Shown here piece after piece: positions 27,761 to 37,963 of a DNA stretch of 64,000 bases (position 1 is the first letter of the stretch; the number at the start of each line of letters is the position of its first letter). Made by a program: the position numbers and the translations under genes. Source of the DNA: a virus; the IMG/VR virus record IMGVR_UViG_3300008255_000115, positions 1 through 64,000 of that record; one strand, given 5' to 3'. The notes below the pieces were generated by a model. The model ran no database searches. It was given only the letters and a program-made list of their open reading frames with translations, and was not told the DNA's origin.

Positions 27761-30700
27761 ATGGCTAAGAAAAGAAAAGTACCAAGTCCAACAAACATTG
27801 AAACTAGATCATTTCAAAAAGGAATGGTTAAAAATCTCAATGATTCTATCATTCCAGATGGGGCATATTTACATGCAAGAAATGCTATAAATAATTCACA
27901 GATTGGTGACCTAGGAGTTATTGGTAATGAGCCTTCTAATAAGTTTTGTGCTAATGCTCCCTATACAATTATCGGTACTATTCATATGTATGGAGATATA
28001 TGGGCAATTATGTCAACAGATAATACTAATTCAGAAATTGGTTCCTTTGATGAGAGCTCATGTACATATACTACAATAGTTAATGATCCATGTTTAGGTT
28101 TTAAAAAAACCAATCCAATACTTGGAGGAGAAGCTAAAGAAAATTCTGATTGTACATGGCAAGTATACTTTGCAGATAATCTTAATCCAGATAGAAGTAT
28201 CAACATGAATAAGCCACCATGGATACAAAATTGTATTAATATAGATGGATGTATAGAATGTACAGATACTAAAAGTTTAGATTGTGAAAGATTACGTATG
28301 GCAAGACTAACAAGTATGCCATGCTTAAGAATAGAACAAGCATCAAATGGTGGAGAACTATTAAATGGAACTTACCAAGCAGTTATTGCATATACAGAAA
28401 ATGAACAGAGGATAACAGATTATTCAATACCTTCTAATATAGTTTCTTTGTTTGATCATAATAATGTAAATGGTTCTTTAGATATTATTATTGAATCCAT
28501 AGATCAAACATATGATGAATTTGAGTTAGTAGTTATAGGATTTGTAAATCAACAACTTGTAGCACGTAGAATAGGAATTTATTCTACACATCAAGGAAGA
28601 ATAAGCTTAGATAAAATAGATCCTAAATTACCAGCAGTTCCATTACAGTTTATTCCTATTGATAGACCTTCCTATGAGAGATCAGAAGGTATATATAGAA
28701 ATGGTGAGTATTTAATAAGAGTTGCTCCAACAAGTAGATTTAGTTTTAATTATCAACCTATAGCTAATAATATAATTACAAAATGGGTTTCTGTAGAATA
28801 CCCAGAAGATTACTATCGTAAAGCAGGAAGTGATATTGGTTATATGAGAGATGAAGTGTATCCTTTTTTTATTAGATGGATATATAATACTAATGATAAA
28901 TCTGAATCATATCATATACCTGGAAGACCTCCTATGATTCATCAAGTTTCTCAAATTTTTGAAACATCAGGATCATCTTCTCCAGCTTATGGTTCAGGAT
29001 TGTACTTTGAAGAATTCAATACAGCTACACAAACATCAGGAGTAGGTGGAACAACATCTAATGGTGGACAGATTATTGGTAAAGGATTGATGAGTTATTG
29101 GGAATCATCAGAATTATATCCTGATAATAAACCTGATGTATGGGGTAATCTATGTGGTCAGCCTATCAGACATCATAAAATGCCTGATGCTAGTTCAGTA
29201 CCAGGAGCAGGTCAACACTTTTCTTCCAATGGTACTATAAAAGTATTAGGAGTAGAGTTTAGTAATATTGCGCCACCTGTTGATAACAATAATATACCAA
29301 TACCTGGAATCATAGGTTATGAAATATTAAGAGGATCTAGAGAGGGAAATAAAACAGTAATAGCTAAAGGCTTACTTAATAATATGGGAGCATATGATAG
29401 AGCAGATAATAATGGAATAGCTTATTACCAGAATTATCCTTATAATGATTTAAGGACAGATCCTTTTTTAAATGCTACTGATTTTATTACAGGGGATAAT
29501 GATAATCAACCAGGTAAACCACATCTAGGAGGGCTTTTAATGCAACGTGATAAGTTTACTTTCCATTCACCTGATACACAATTTAAACATCCTTTCTTAT
29601 CTGCTAAGGAAGTTAAAATATATGAAACACAAGCTGGTCCTGTAGAAGGAGTATTTGTTGAACCTTATAAACATCCTGAACATAAACTTGTTACTGATAT
29701 GGCTTTTATATTAGCTGGATTAGTTGGTTTTGGTATTGCACTTAAATCTATTCAAGGTGTACCAAGAAGTACAAGAAAAACAGCTAGTGTTGATGAATCA
29801 ATTTTTGTAGGACCTGCGGGAACCAATGGTGCTGGTGTAGCTATTGGTATTGCTGCAGCCATACCCCATCAAGCAGCATTAGCTATTGAAAATGCTGCTA
29901 CAATTAGTGGATCTAATGCTTTACTTGCATTAACAACAGGAACAACTGGTGAAATGACACCAGGTAATATTGCAAGTTATGTTACCCAATTATTTACAGC
30001 AAATGTGCAAGGAGTAAGTCAAACAGGTTCTACTGAATTTAGTACAACAGGTGAAACAGGTATGCCCTTTCCATTAGCAATGGCTCAAGCCATACCAACC
30101 TTCTTAGCTTACTGGTCAGAAGGAACACAAGCTTTTATAGATATTATACAAGCTATGAGTAGAAAACATCAGTATGCATTAGCATATCAATCTCATGCTT
30201 TTCATAGAAATACTATTACAAATAATAGTGGATTCAGAGCTGGTATAAATAATTCAAGTTACATTAGTGACAAACTTCAAGAATTTGGAGGTATAACAGT
30301 TAATAATTTATATAGGGGTGCTTGTGTAGCTTTAACTACAAATAGTAATGTCCCAGACCCAGCTGTCCAAGATACATCAAGACAGACTTTTAAACAAGCT
30401 TTTGGTAATACTGTATTATCAAGTAACATAGATAAAAAACGTATTATAGGAAATGCAAGTTCTCATTATGTTGGATTAAAACAAAGAATAAGAAATCAAT
30501 ATGGTCAAATAGATGGGATAAAACAAGTACCAACAGGATCTTGTATGCAAAATCTTACAGTAGATCCATCTGATCCAAACAAATATATTTCAGATGTTAT
30601 ATTTGGAGGAGATATTTATATAGGTAGATATACTGAAAAGAATACTTTCTTTTATTTTTTTGATTGGCTTCTTGATCTTCCAGATGAATTTGAGTATGAC

Positions 30701-32602
30701 TACCGTCTTAGAAAAATGATGCCTTATCCTACTTATTGGATGGATACACATGACTTTCAAGTAAGTGATTTCTTAACAGGTATATTTGATACACTATTTA
30801 ATGTCGGAGGTGCTGGTATATTACCTACATCTTGGCATAATTTTGATACAACAGGTAACTTTGGATTTTCTACTTTATTACCTAGTAATCCTACAAATCC
30901 TGTAGCAGCACTTCAACTAATGAAATTTATAGTTAAAGAGGCATACATGTATTTATTTAACTCAGGAGTTAGAGATTTTTATGTAGAGTCAGAAGTTAAT
31001 ATAGCATATAGAGATTGGGGAGAAGAACCTACTCAAAAACATTATGATCCTTTTTCAAATACTTCTTTAGAAGACTTGTTTAGAGCTGATAGAGTTAGAT
31101 CTAATAATTTTTTCAAGTATGATTACTCATTGTCTACATCTAGATATTATCAAGGATACCCTAGTTGGGGTTCTATGCAATATAGAAACTATGATCCCTT
31201 AATTGCAGAGACTTGTTATACACATTATCCAAATAGAGTTATTTATTCTTTACCTCAAAATAAAGAGTTAAGATATGATAACTGGTTAGCTTATTTAATT
31301 AATAATTACAAAGATTTTACAAGTAGAGTTACAACTATAAAACCTATTGGTAAAAATGGAGCTATGATATTATTTCAAACAGAAGCTCCATCCCTCATAC
31401 CTGGAGTAGATGTTTTAGAAACAGAAAGTGGAACTAAAATAACAATAGGTGATGGTGGTTTATTTAGTCAACCATTACAAAACTTGGTTAATACTGATGA
31501 TTCATATGAATATGGATCTTGTCAAGACAGACTTAGTGTAATTAATACACCTGCTGGATTATTTTGGATTTCACAAAATCAAGGTAAGATATTTAATTAT
31601 ACAGGAACTTTAGAAGACATATCTCAACAAAATATGAAATGGTGGTTTGATGAATTCTTACCATATAAAATTTTAGAAGACTTTCCTAATTTCCAATTAA
31701 CAGATAATACTATAATAGGTGTAGGTTGTCAGTCTATTTATGATAATAGTTATGGATTAATTTATTTTACTAAGCGTGACTTTAAATTAAGATATGAGTA
31801 CATAGGGCAAGTTAGTTATCTAGGAGATGATAATTTCTTAATAGGAAGAGCTGGTATAGCTAAACTAGGAGATCCTAGATATTTTGATGATGCTTCTTGG
31901 ACAATATCATATGATCCTAAATCTAAATCATGGGTATCATTTCATGATTGGCATCCAAATTTTATGATGCCTTCTAAGAATAATTTCTTAACAATTGCGA
32001 ATAGAGGAATTTGGAAACACAATGATAGATCAGATAGTTTCTGTAATTATTATGGTCAAAACTATCCTTTTGAAGTAGAACTAGTTACACCTACTGGCCA
32101 AACTGTTAATACACTTAAATCAATTGAATATCAGATGGAAGTATTTCAGTGGGGTCTAAATGGTATAGATAGAAATCATGTATTAGATTTTAATTTTGAT
32201 AGGGTGGTAGTTTATAATACTGAACAAATATCAGGAGAACTGAGATTAAACATATCTCCTAAAAATAATGCTCCAGATATGTTAAACTACCCAAGAGTTA
32301 ACCCTAGTAGTATAGACATATTATATTCTAAAGAAGAACAGAAATATAGATTTAACCAGTTCTGGGATATAACAGATGATAGAGGAGAATTTACAAATGC
32401 TAGAAGAATGATGTGGGAAACAGAACCTAATGGTTATGTAAAAAGTATTAATCCTTTATATGTAAACTACAATAAACCATTACATCAAAGAAAAAAATTC
32501 AGACACTATCAGTCTAATTTATTATTGAGAAGACAAGTATCAGGTCCTCATAATATGATGTTAAAATTAGTAAACAGTAAAAATCAGTATTCAGCAAGAT
32601 AA
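27761..32602 (+). CDS. tail stabilization / muzzle (nozzle) protein
   Basis: 1613 aa; F-x-KGM-x-x-N...ARNAI N-terminus, GYMRDEVY, FGGDIYI, WTISY...W-x-SFHDW beta-propeller motifs. Confidence 0.75.
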   Translation: MAKKRKVPSPTNIETRSFQKGMVKNLNDSIIPDGAYLHARNAINNSQIGDLGVIGNEPSNKFCANAPYTIIGTIHMYGDIWAIMSTDNTNSEIGSFDESSCTYTTIVNDPCLGFKKTNPILGGEAKENSDCTWQVYFADNLNPDRSINMNKPPWIQNCINIDGCIECTDTKSLDCERLRMARLTSMPCLRIEQASNGGELLNGTYQAVIAYTENEQRITDYSIPSNIVSLFDHNNVNGSLDIIIESIDQTYDEFELVVIGFVNQQLVARRIGIYSTHQGRISLDKIDPKLPAVPLQFIPIDRPSYERSEGIYRNGEYLIRVAPTSRFSFNYQPIANNIITKWVSVEYPEDYYRKAGSDIGYMRDEVYPFFIRWIYNTNDKSESYHIPGRPPMIHQVSQIFETSGSSSPAYGSGLYFEEFNTATQTSGVGGTTSNGGQIIGKGLMSYWESSELYPDNKPDVWGNLCGQPIRHHKMPDASSVPGAGQHFSSNGTIKVLGVEFSNIAPPVDNNNIPIPGIIGYEILRGSREGNKTVIAKGLLNNMGAYDRADNNGIAYYQNYPYNDLRTDPFLNATDFITGDNDNQPGKPHLGGLLMQRDKFTFHSPDTQFKHPFLSAKEVKIYETQAGPVEGVFVEPYKHPEHKLVTDMAFILAGLVGFGIALKSIQGVPRSTRKTASVDESIFVGPAGTNGAGVAIGIAAAIPHQAALAIENAATISGSNALLALTTGTTGEMTPGNIASYVTQLFTANVQGVSQTGSTEFSTTGETGMPFPLAMAQAIPTFLAYWSEGTQAFIDIIQAMSRKHQYALAYQSHAFHRNTITNNSGFRAGINNSSYISDKLQEFGGITVNNLYRGACVALTTNSNVPDPAVQDTSRQTFKQAFGNTVLSSNIDKKRIIGNASSHYVGLKQRIRNQYGQIDGIKQVPTGSCMQNLTVDPSDPNKYISDVIFGGDIYIGRYTEKNTFFYFFDWLLDLPDEFEYDYRLRKMMPYPTYWMDTHDFQVSDFLTGIFDTLFNVGGAGILPTSWHNFDTTGNFGFSTLLPSNPTNPVAALQLMKFIVKEAYMYLFNSGVRDFYVESEVNIAYRDWGEEPTQKHYDPFSNTSLEDLFRADRVRSNNFFKYDYSLSTSRYYQGYPSWGSMQYRNYDPLIAETCYTHYPNRVIYSLPQNKELRYDNWLAYLINNYKDFTSRVTTIKPIGKNGAMILFQTEAPSLIPGVDVLETESGTKITIGDGGLFSQPLQNLVNTDDSYEYGSCQDRLSVINTPAGLFWISQNQGKIFNYTGTLEDISQQNMKWWFDEFLPYKILEDFPNFQLTDNTIIGVGCQSIYDNSYGLIYFTKRDFKLRYEYIGQVSYLGDDNFLIGRAGIAKLGDPRYFDDASWTISYDPKSKSWVSFHDWHPNFMMPSKNNFLTIANRGIWKHNDRSDSFCNYYGQNYPFEVELVTPTGQTVNTLKSIEYQMEVFQWGLNGIDRNHVLDFNFDRVVVYNTEQISGELRLNISPKNNAPDMLNYPRVNPSSIDILYSKEEQKYRFNQFWDITDDRGEFTNARRMMWETEPNGYVKSINPLYVNYNKPLHQRKKFRHYQSNLLLRRQVSGPHNMMLKLVNSKNQYSAR

Positions 32603-32603
32603 T

Positions 32604-33461
32604 ATGGCACTAAATAAATTTATATCAACACAAGGATATAAGTCAGATAGTCCTGATAAAAACAATCCTTATAATATTATTCCTTCTGGTAGAATAACTA
32701 TGAAGGATGTACCTCATCCTGTATATGGTGTAGACAATTTAGGGAATGAACAGATTATGTATCCTGGACAAGAATATATTTTTCCAGGAAATCAAGTAAC
32801 TGAAATTCCAATAGGTTATCATAGAATGCCAGATGGTTCTATAATGTCAGATGAAGAGCATCAAGAAATGCAAGAAGGAGGGCAAGCTTACAATGATAGC
32901 TTATCTATACATAAATGGGGAGAATCAAACTATAAAAGATTTCAAGAAAAACCTATGATGGAAAATTGGACATCAGGAGGTTTTGGAATGCCTTATAATA
33001 TATTTGAAGCATTTAACAGATTAGAAGAACTTAATAATTCTCAATATGATCCTTCAGAAACAATCCATGGTAAACTTAATTTTAAAGATGGTAGTTCTGG
33101 TGAAGCAGGTGTAAATAGATATCCTAAACCTATGGGTAATAAAAGACCATATCAAAAACCAATGACTCATATTCCTTCTAAAGAAATAACTAATGAATAT
33201 CAATCTCTTAATATTAATACTACAAAAAGAGAAGGTATACCAACTCCTCCCTTACGTAGTATAATTGGATATACTCAAAAATGGGATTCAGAACAAAAGA
33301 AGTGGATTCAAGAACCTATTACTCAAATTATTCCTAAGCCTTCAGTGAATTATACATCTGGTGGAAATATTCCACCACAAAAAGACTATGAAGAGGTTGA
33401 GTTAACTGATGAGCAAATAGCAGATTTACGTGTAAAAGGGTATAGAGTAGACATATTATAA
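32604..33461 (+). CDS. putative internal cargo protein
   Basis: IPSGRITMK...MYPGQEYIFPG module, xxxGG motifs, C-terminal ELTDEQI-x6-GY module; no Cys. Confidence 0.55.
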   Translation: MALNKFISTQGYKSDSPDKNNPYNIIPSGRITMKDVPHPVYGVDNLGNEQIMYPGQEYIFPGNQVTEIPIGYHRMPDGSIMSDEEHQEMQEGGQAYNDSLSIHKWGESNYKRFQEKPMMENWTSGGFGMPYNIFEAFNRLEELNNSQYDPSETIHGKLNFKDGSSGEAGVNRYPKPMGNKRPYQKPMTHIPSKEITNEYQSLNINTTKREGIPTPPLRSIIGYTQKWDSEQKKWIQEPITQIIPKPSVNYTSGGNIPPQKDYEEVELTDEQIADLRVKGYRVDIL

Positions 33462-33510
33462 ACTTCTAAAGTTTATAAAGTTAAATAAAAATTTAGTATA
33501 TTATAGTATA
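33460..33510 (+). promoter_or_regulatory. phage promoter motif with palindrome
   Basis: AAACTT-cta-AAGTTT, then TTTAGTATATTATAGTATA (19/19 identical to 25582-25600). Confidence 0.75.
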
Positions 33511-33521
33511 AGATATTAGCT

Positions 33522-35093
33522 ATGAAAAAAAAATGTAGATTATATAAACCAAGTTCAATGCAATATGGTGGTCAGTCTAATGATAAATTTACCATGACAC
33601 AAGACTCACAAACGGACCCAATACCACAAGAAAGAGCTAATGAGTTTCTGCTATGGTTAAGGAAGACTACACAAGAGAAGAAGTTGACTGAAGAGTTAGA
33701 AGCAATGGATGCTTTAAACAATAATTTTGCTAAGAGAAGTAATACTATACAACAAAATGCAATTGAGGATTTTCAGATTGGTGGTTCAATCCCTGCTTTA
33801 GGAGCACAAACTAATAATTTCAATACTCATTTAGCTTATGGAGGTAATCTCACTGAAGACACTAACAAAGAAAACATAAAACCTTATGATGATCCTAGTT
33901 TTTGGCAAGGCATAAATACCTATGATGATATGATAGCAAAGTTTGATGGATGGGCTAAATTAGGAATAGTAAAAGATAAAGAATTATATGATGCAGCAAC
34001 TAAATATACAGGTTTAGTATGGGAACAAAATCCAACATCAACAACAGGTACTGATTGGATCCCTGTTCAATCAACAAATAATATTAAACCTCAAAAACCT
34101 AAATTTGAAAATGAAAATCCACAATTTAGAGAAAATCCTGAAACTGGTAAATTAGAACAAAGGAGAGTTAGACCTAGTACAGGTGAGGAATATTGGGTAG
34201 CAAGTAATCCAACTATGGCTGGTCAATATTATAAAAATGCAATAAATCAAGGTAATCCTAATATAAAATTATCAGGTAGAGAAGGAGTAATGAGAGATAT
34301 GCAACTTAATCCTGAAAATATTACTACAGATTATAATAAACCTATTCCTCAAATAACAGAAGCACCAGCTTCAGAAGAAGGAATTATTTCTAATTTAGCA
34401 TATGGAGGTAATCTAGATTATATGCAGAAGAGAGACTCAAATCTACAATTTTTTCAGGATGCTTATAATCAAAGTAATCCAAATATTATGAAAAACTTAC
34501 AATCATTTACAGGTACTATGCCTAAAGCACAAAAAGGACTTAGTTATCCAGGTAATATGCAGTTATTACCTGAAATAGATGAACTAACTAGGGAGGATGT
34601 GTTAAGAATGATGGAAGAAAATGATCCTAAAGTTATGGATCCTACGCAATATCAGAATGAATCTATTCAAGAATTTGAACCAGGAAGTACTGAAGATCCT
34701 TTCAATAAAAATAAGAGAACTAATGATAGAGGAAATTATGGCAGCACAGGAATGGATCCAAGAAATACTAACATGGCTCAAGGTATGATTGCTGGAATGA
34801 GAGTAGGAGAAGGTATTTTTAATTACAAAAATAGAGCTGAAGAAGAACAGGAACTAAGAAAAAGATTTTCCAATGTATTTGAAACCCATGGAATAGCAGG
34901 ACAAGATAGAGGTGATTATATGGTTAATGTTCCAGGAATAGGAGATCCATTAAAACCTGATCAACATACAAGAATGGGATACAATACAAAAATAGCTCAA
35001 GATGGTTTAGAAGTTGATCAAGAACTTGAATTAACAGATGAACAAATTAATGAGTTAATAACACAAGGTTATAATATAGAATATTTAGACTAA
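33522..35093 (+). CDS. putative internal cargo protein (largely disordered)
   Basis: MQYGG, FQIGG, LAYGG x2, AQKGL, AQDGL; C-terminal ELTDEQI-x6-GY module. Confidence 0.6.
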   Translation: MKKKCRLYKPSSMQYGGQSNDKFTMTQDSQTDPIPQERANEFLLWLRKTTQEKKLTEELEAMDALNNNFAKRSNTIQQNAIEDFQIGGSIPALGAQTNNFNTHLAYGGNLTEDTNKENIKPYDDPSFWQGINTYDDMIAKFDGWAKLGIVKDKELYDAATKYTGLVWEQNPTSTTGTDWIPVQSTNNIKPQKPKFENENPQFRENPETGKLEQRRVRPSTGEEYWVASNPTMAGQYYKNAINQGNPNIKLSGREGVMRDMQLNPENITTDYNKPIPQITEAPASEEGIISNLAYGGNLDYMQKRDSNLQFFQDAYNQSNPNIMKNLQSFTGTMPKAQKGLSYPGNMQLLPEIDELTREDVLRMMEENDPKVMDPTQYQNESIQEFEPGSTEDPFNKNKRTNDRGNYGSTGMDPRNTNMAQGMIAGMRVGEGIFNYKNRAEEEQELRKRFSNVFETHGIAGQDRGDYMVNVPGIGDPLKPDQHTRMGYNTKIAQDGLEVDQELELTDEQINELITQGYNIEYLD

Positions 35094-35103
35094 AATTATT
35101 ATT

Positions 35104-37905
35104 ATGAGAAAAGTCAGAATAAAAGGTTTACCAAAAGCTGGTCATGGTGGTTCTTCATCAGGTAGTTCTAATGGCTTAAGTAAATTTACAAATAGTAAAT
35201 CAGGAACAAATCCATTTTCTGAACCAAACTTTGAAGTTAATAAAACTATCAAAGCAGTAGATCCTTCTCAAGCAAATATTGAAGCAGAAGGTGGGGAACA
35301 AGCTGTTGTTCCTGGTCAAGGTGGTATCCCAGAATCTTATAAAATATCTGGACCAAGACATAGTGGTGGTGGAGTACCTTTAAACTTAGCTCCAGATTCT
35401 TTTATTTTTAGTGATCATAAGAAAGAAATGAAAATAAAAGACAAAGATATCTTAGCTGAATTTGGTATGAGTGTTCCAAAAAAAGGGAAAGTAAAAGGAT
35501 ATACTCCTGCTGAGATTGCTAAGAAGTATGATATTAATGAATACAAGAAAATATTACTTGATCCTAACTCAGACAAAATTGCCCGTGAGACAGCTGAGAA
35601 AATGATACAGAACTACAATATGAAACTAGGAAAACTAGCTTTAGTTCAAGAATCAATGAAAGGATTTCCACAAGATATTCCAGCAATTGCTATGCCTTAT
35701 TTAGAAAGCATCAATGCAGACCCTAATCAATTTGTGCCACAAGAAGTACAACAACCTCAACAAGCTAATTTTGGAGCAGAGATTAAAAGTCAAAACAACA
35801 TTATGGCTAAAAGATTTCCAGGATTAGATGTAAAGCAAAGAGGTGGTCAATTTAATGGAGCATTCTGGGATAGTATATTACAAGATGGTGGTCCAGTTGA
35901 TGAAACACAATATCAAACTGCAGATGACTATGCTGCTTCTCAAATACAAATTTCTAACTATGATAATGAGCCTGCTCCAAAAGTTTTAACTCAAGATCAG
36001 ATTACTCTTATATATGGAACTAAAGAAGAGAAAATAGCATTACTTGATAAATTAAAATATGATGCAGAAGCTGCAGGTTTAGATGAGAATGCTTACATCA
36101 CTGAGACTGTAAAAAACATGACATGGGAAGAGATAGAACGTGCAGAAAAACATATGCAAGGATTTCCTATAAAAAGTCTTAAAAAAGAACTAGAGTGGGA
36201 AGCTAATCAATTAAAAAAACAAGCTGGTATTGAAACTAAACCTGAGCAAACAATAGGGGACAAAGTAAAAACTGTAGAAAAGCCTACATATAAAACTCCT
36301 AAAGATGCAATTATTCATGAAGAGAATGATGAATATGATGAAGCCAAAGTAAAAAAAGGAGAATATGTCAGAAGAAAAGATGGCAAATTATATCAAGCTA
36401 CAGGTAAAGTTTTCTCTGATTTTGAATATAAACAACTAGATAACATTCCTGAGAAGCATAGAGATGCTTATTCAAGAAGTTATGCATTACTAGAAAAAAC
36501 ATTAACAGATCCTGAAAACAAAGAACTTACTGATAAGCTTTATGAAAATTATAAAGATAGAATATCTAAGGGTAAAATAGATAAAAATAGAAAAGAGAAA
36601 TTAATGAATCTTCCTAAAGAAGAAGTAATTAAAAATCTTATGAAAGCTCAAGAACAGATCTATGCAATTAACACACATGCTGCAGAAGATCCTGAGTTAT
36701 TAAAAAGACTTGAATCCGGAGCTATGGATTCTAAATATAAAAAAGATCCTGTAACAGGAAAGACATATGGTAAAAATGAAGCATATAGAGATATTGCTAA
36801 AAGTCTTGGTTACAGTGATGAAGATCTTTTATCAGATGATGAAATTACTATATTTCAAGGAGCTTATCAAGGATTATTAGATTTGTCAAAAGACCCTAAA
36901 TACAAAGATAAAGTAGAAAACTTTAATTTAAAACCTGTTGGTATAGATGATCAAGATTGGGAAGGAGGTAAATCTATTTCACATGTAGATGGTTGGTTTG
37001 GTAATACAACAATTGGCCAAGCAGTTACTGCCAAGGAAGATAAAATGGCTTTTAAAGAAGCTGAAATAGAAGCTAAGAAAGATGCAGCAAGACAAGGTGT
37101 AAATCCTCAGTATATAGAACAAACAATGGATGCTCCATGGTGGGCTCAAGATGTAGGTAACATGGCTTTATCTGTAGCTGAAAGAGCTCAGTTAAAAAAA
37201 TATTTACCTCATTCTCAACCTATTGATCTTGCAAAACCTGATGTGTTATATTTTGATCCATCAAGAGCTTTAGCAGCCAATGCAGAACAAGCTAATATAG
37301 CTGCTCAAACTATTGGTTCATTTGCTGGACCACAAGGAACATCTAGATTAACAGGAATACAAGGGCAAGCTTTTGCACAAGCTGCAAATACACTTGCTGA
37401 TTATGAGAATAAAAATGTTGGTGTAGGAAATCAGTACTTACATAATGTACAACAAACCCTTAATCAAGAGTCCTTAGCAAATAATGAACGTATGCAGAGA
37501 TTATATGATCAGACTACAATTGCTAATCAACAATTTGATAACTCTAAAACTGCATCCAACAGAAATATATTTGATGCTTGGAGTAATGGTATAACTAATG
37601 CAGCAGAAACACAATCTCTTAACATGCTATATCCCCAAGTCAATGTAGATCCTTCTACTGGAGGTAGAACAGGATTTACCAACGGAAGACCATTAACAGG
37701 ACAAAGATCATCAGGTACTAGTGATGAAGAATATTTTGCTGAAATTTCTAGACTCAAGAAAAAATATGAAGATTTAGATGAAAAAACTATAATAGCAAGA
37801 GTTGCTCCTAAATATGGAAAAGGTGGAGGAACCTTTAATAAAAACAATAGAGAAAATCTAAAACGCTTTGTTGAAGACCAAAGAGGTTTAAAACAAAGAA
37901 AGTAA
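35104..37905 (+). CDS. putative internal cargo/ejection protein
   Basis: NIEAEGGE...GPRHSGGGV...FIFSD module; Q/A/N-rich helical C-terminus; no Cys seen. Confidence 0.6.
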   Translation: MRKVRIKGLPKAGHGGSSSGSSNGLSKFTNSKSGTNPFSEPNFEVNKTIKAVDPSQANIEAEGGEQAVVPGQGGIPESYKISGPRHSGGGVPLNLAPDSFIFSDHKKEMKIKDKDILAEFGMSVPKKGKVKGYTPAEIAKKYDINEYKKILLDPNSDKIARETAEKMIQNYNMKLGKLALVQESMKGFPQDIPAIAMPYLESINADPNQFVPQEVQQPQQANFGAEIKSQNNIMAKRFPGLDVKQRGGQFNGAFWDSILQDGGPVDETQYQTADDYAASQIQISNYDNEPAPKVLTQDQITLIYGTKEEKIALLDKLKYDAEAAGLDENAYITETVKNMTWEEIERAEKHMQGFPIKSLKKELEWEANQLKKQAGIETKPEQTIGDKVKTVEKPTYKTPKDAIIHEENDEYDEAKVKKGEYVRRKDGKLYQATGKVFSDFEYKQLDNIPEKHRDAYSRSYALLEKTLTDPENKELTDKLYENYKDRISKGKIDKNRKEKLMNLPKEEVIKNLMKAQEQIYAINTHAAEDPELLKRLESGAMDSKYKKDPVTGKTYGKNEAYRDIAKSLGYSDEDLLSDDEITIFQGAYQGLLDLSKDPKYKDKVENFNLKPVGIDDQDWEGGKSISHVDGWFGNTTIGQAVTAKEDKMAFKEAEIEAKKDAARQGVNPQYIEQTMDAPWWAQDVGNMALSVAERAQLKKYLPHSQPIDLAKPDVLYFDPSRALAANAEQANIAAQTIGSFAGPQGTSRLTGIQGQAFAQAANTLADYENKNVGVGNQYLHNVQQTLNQESLANNERMQRLYDQTTIANQQFDNSKTASNRNIFDAWSNGITNAAETQSLNMLYPQVNVDPSTGGRTGFTNGRPLTGQRSSGTSDEEYFAEISRLKKKYEDLDEKTIIARVAPKYGKGGGTFNKNNRENLKRFVEDQRGLKQRK

Positions 37906-37911
37906 ATCTCT

Positions 37912-37957
37912 AAACTTTAGAAGTGTAAAAAAATAAATATATTTTATGTAACTTAGC
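37912..37957 (+). promoter_or_regulatory. palindrome plus possible -7 box
   Basis: AAACTT-tag-AAGTgT, then TAACTTAG (TAnnTTTG-like). Confidence 0.4.
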
Positions 37958-37963
37958 AAAATT

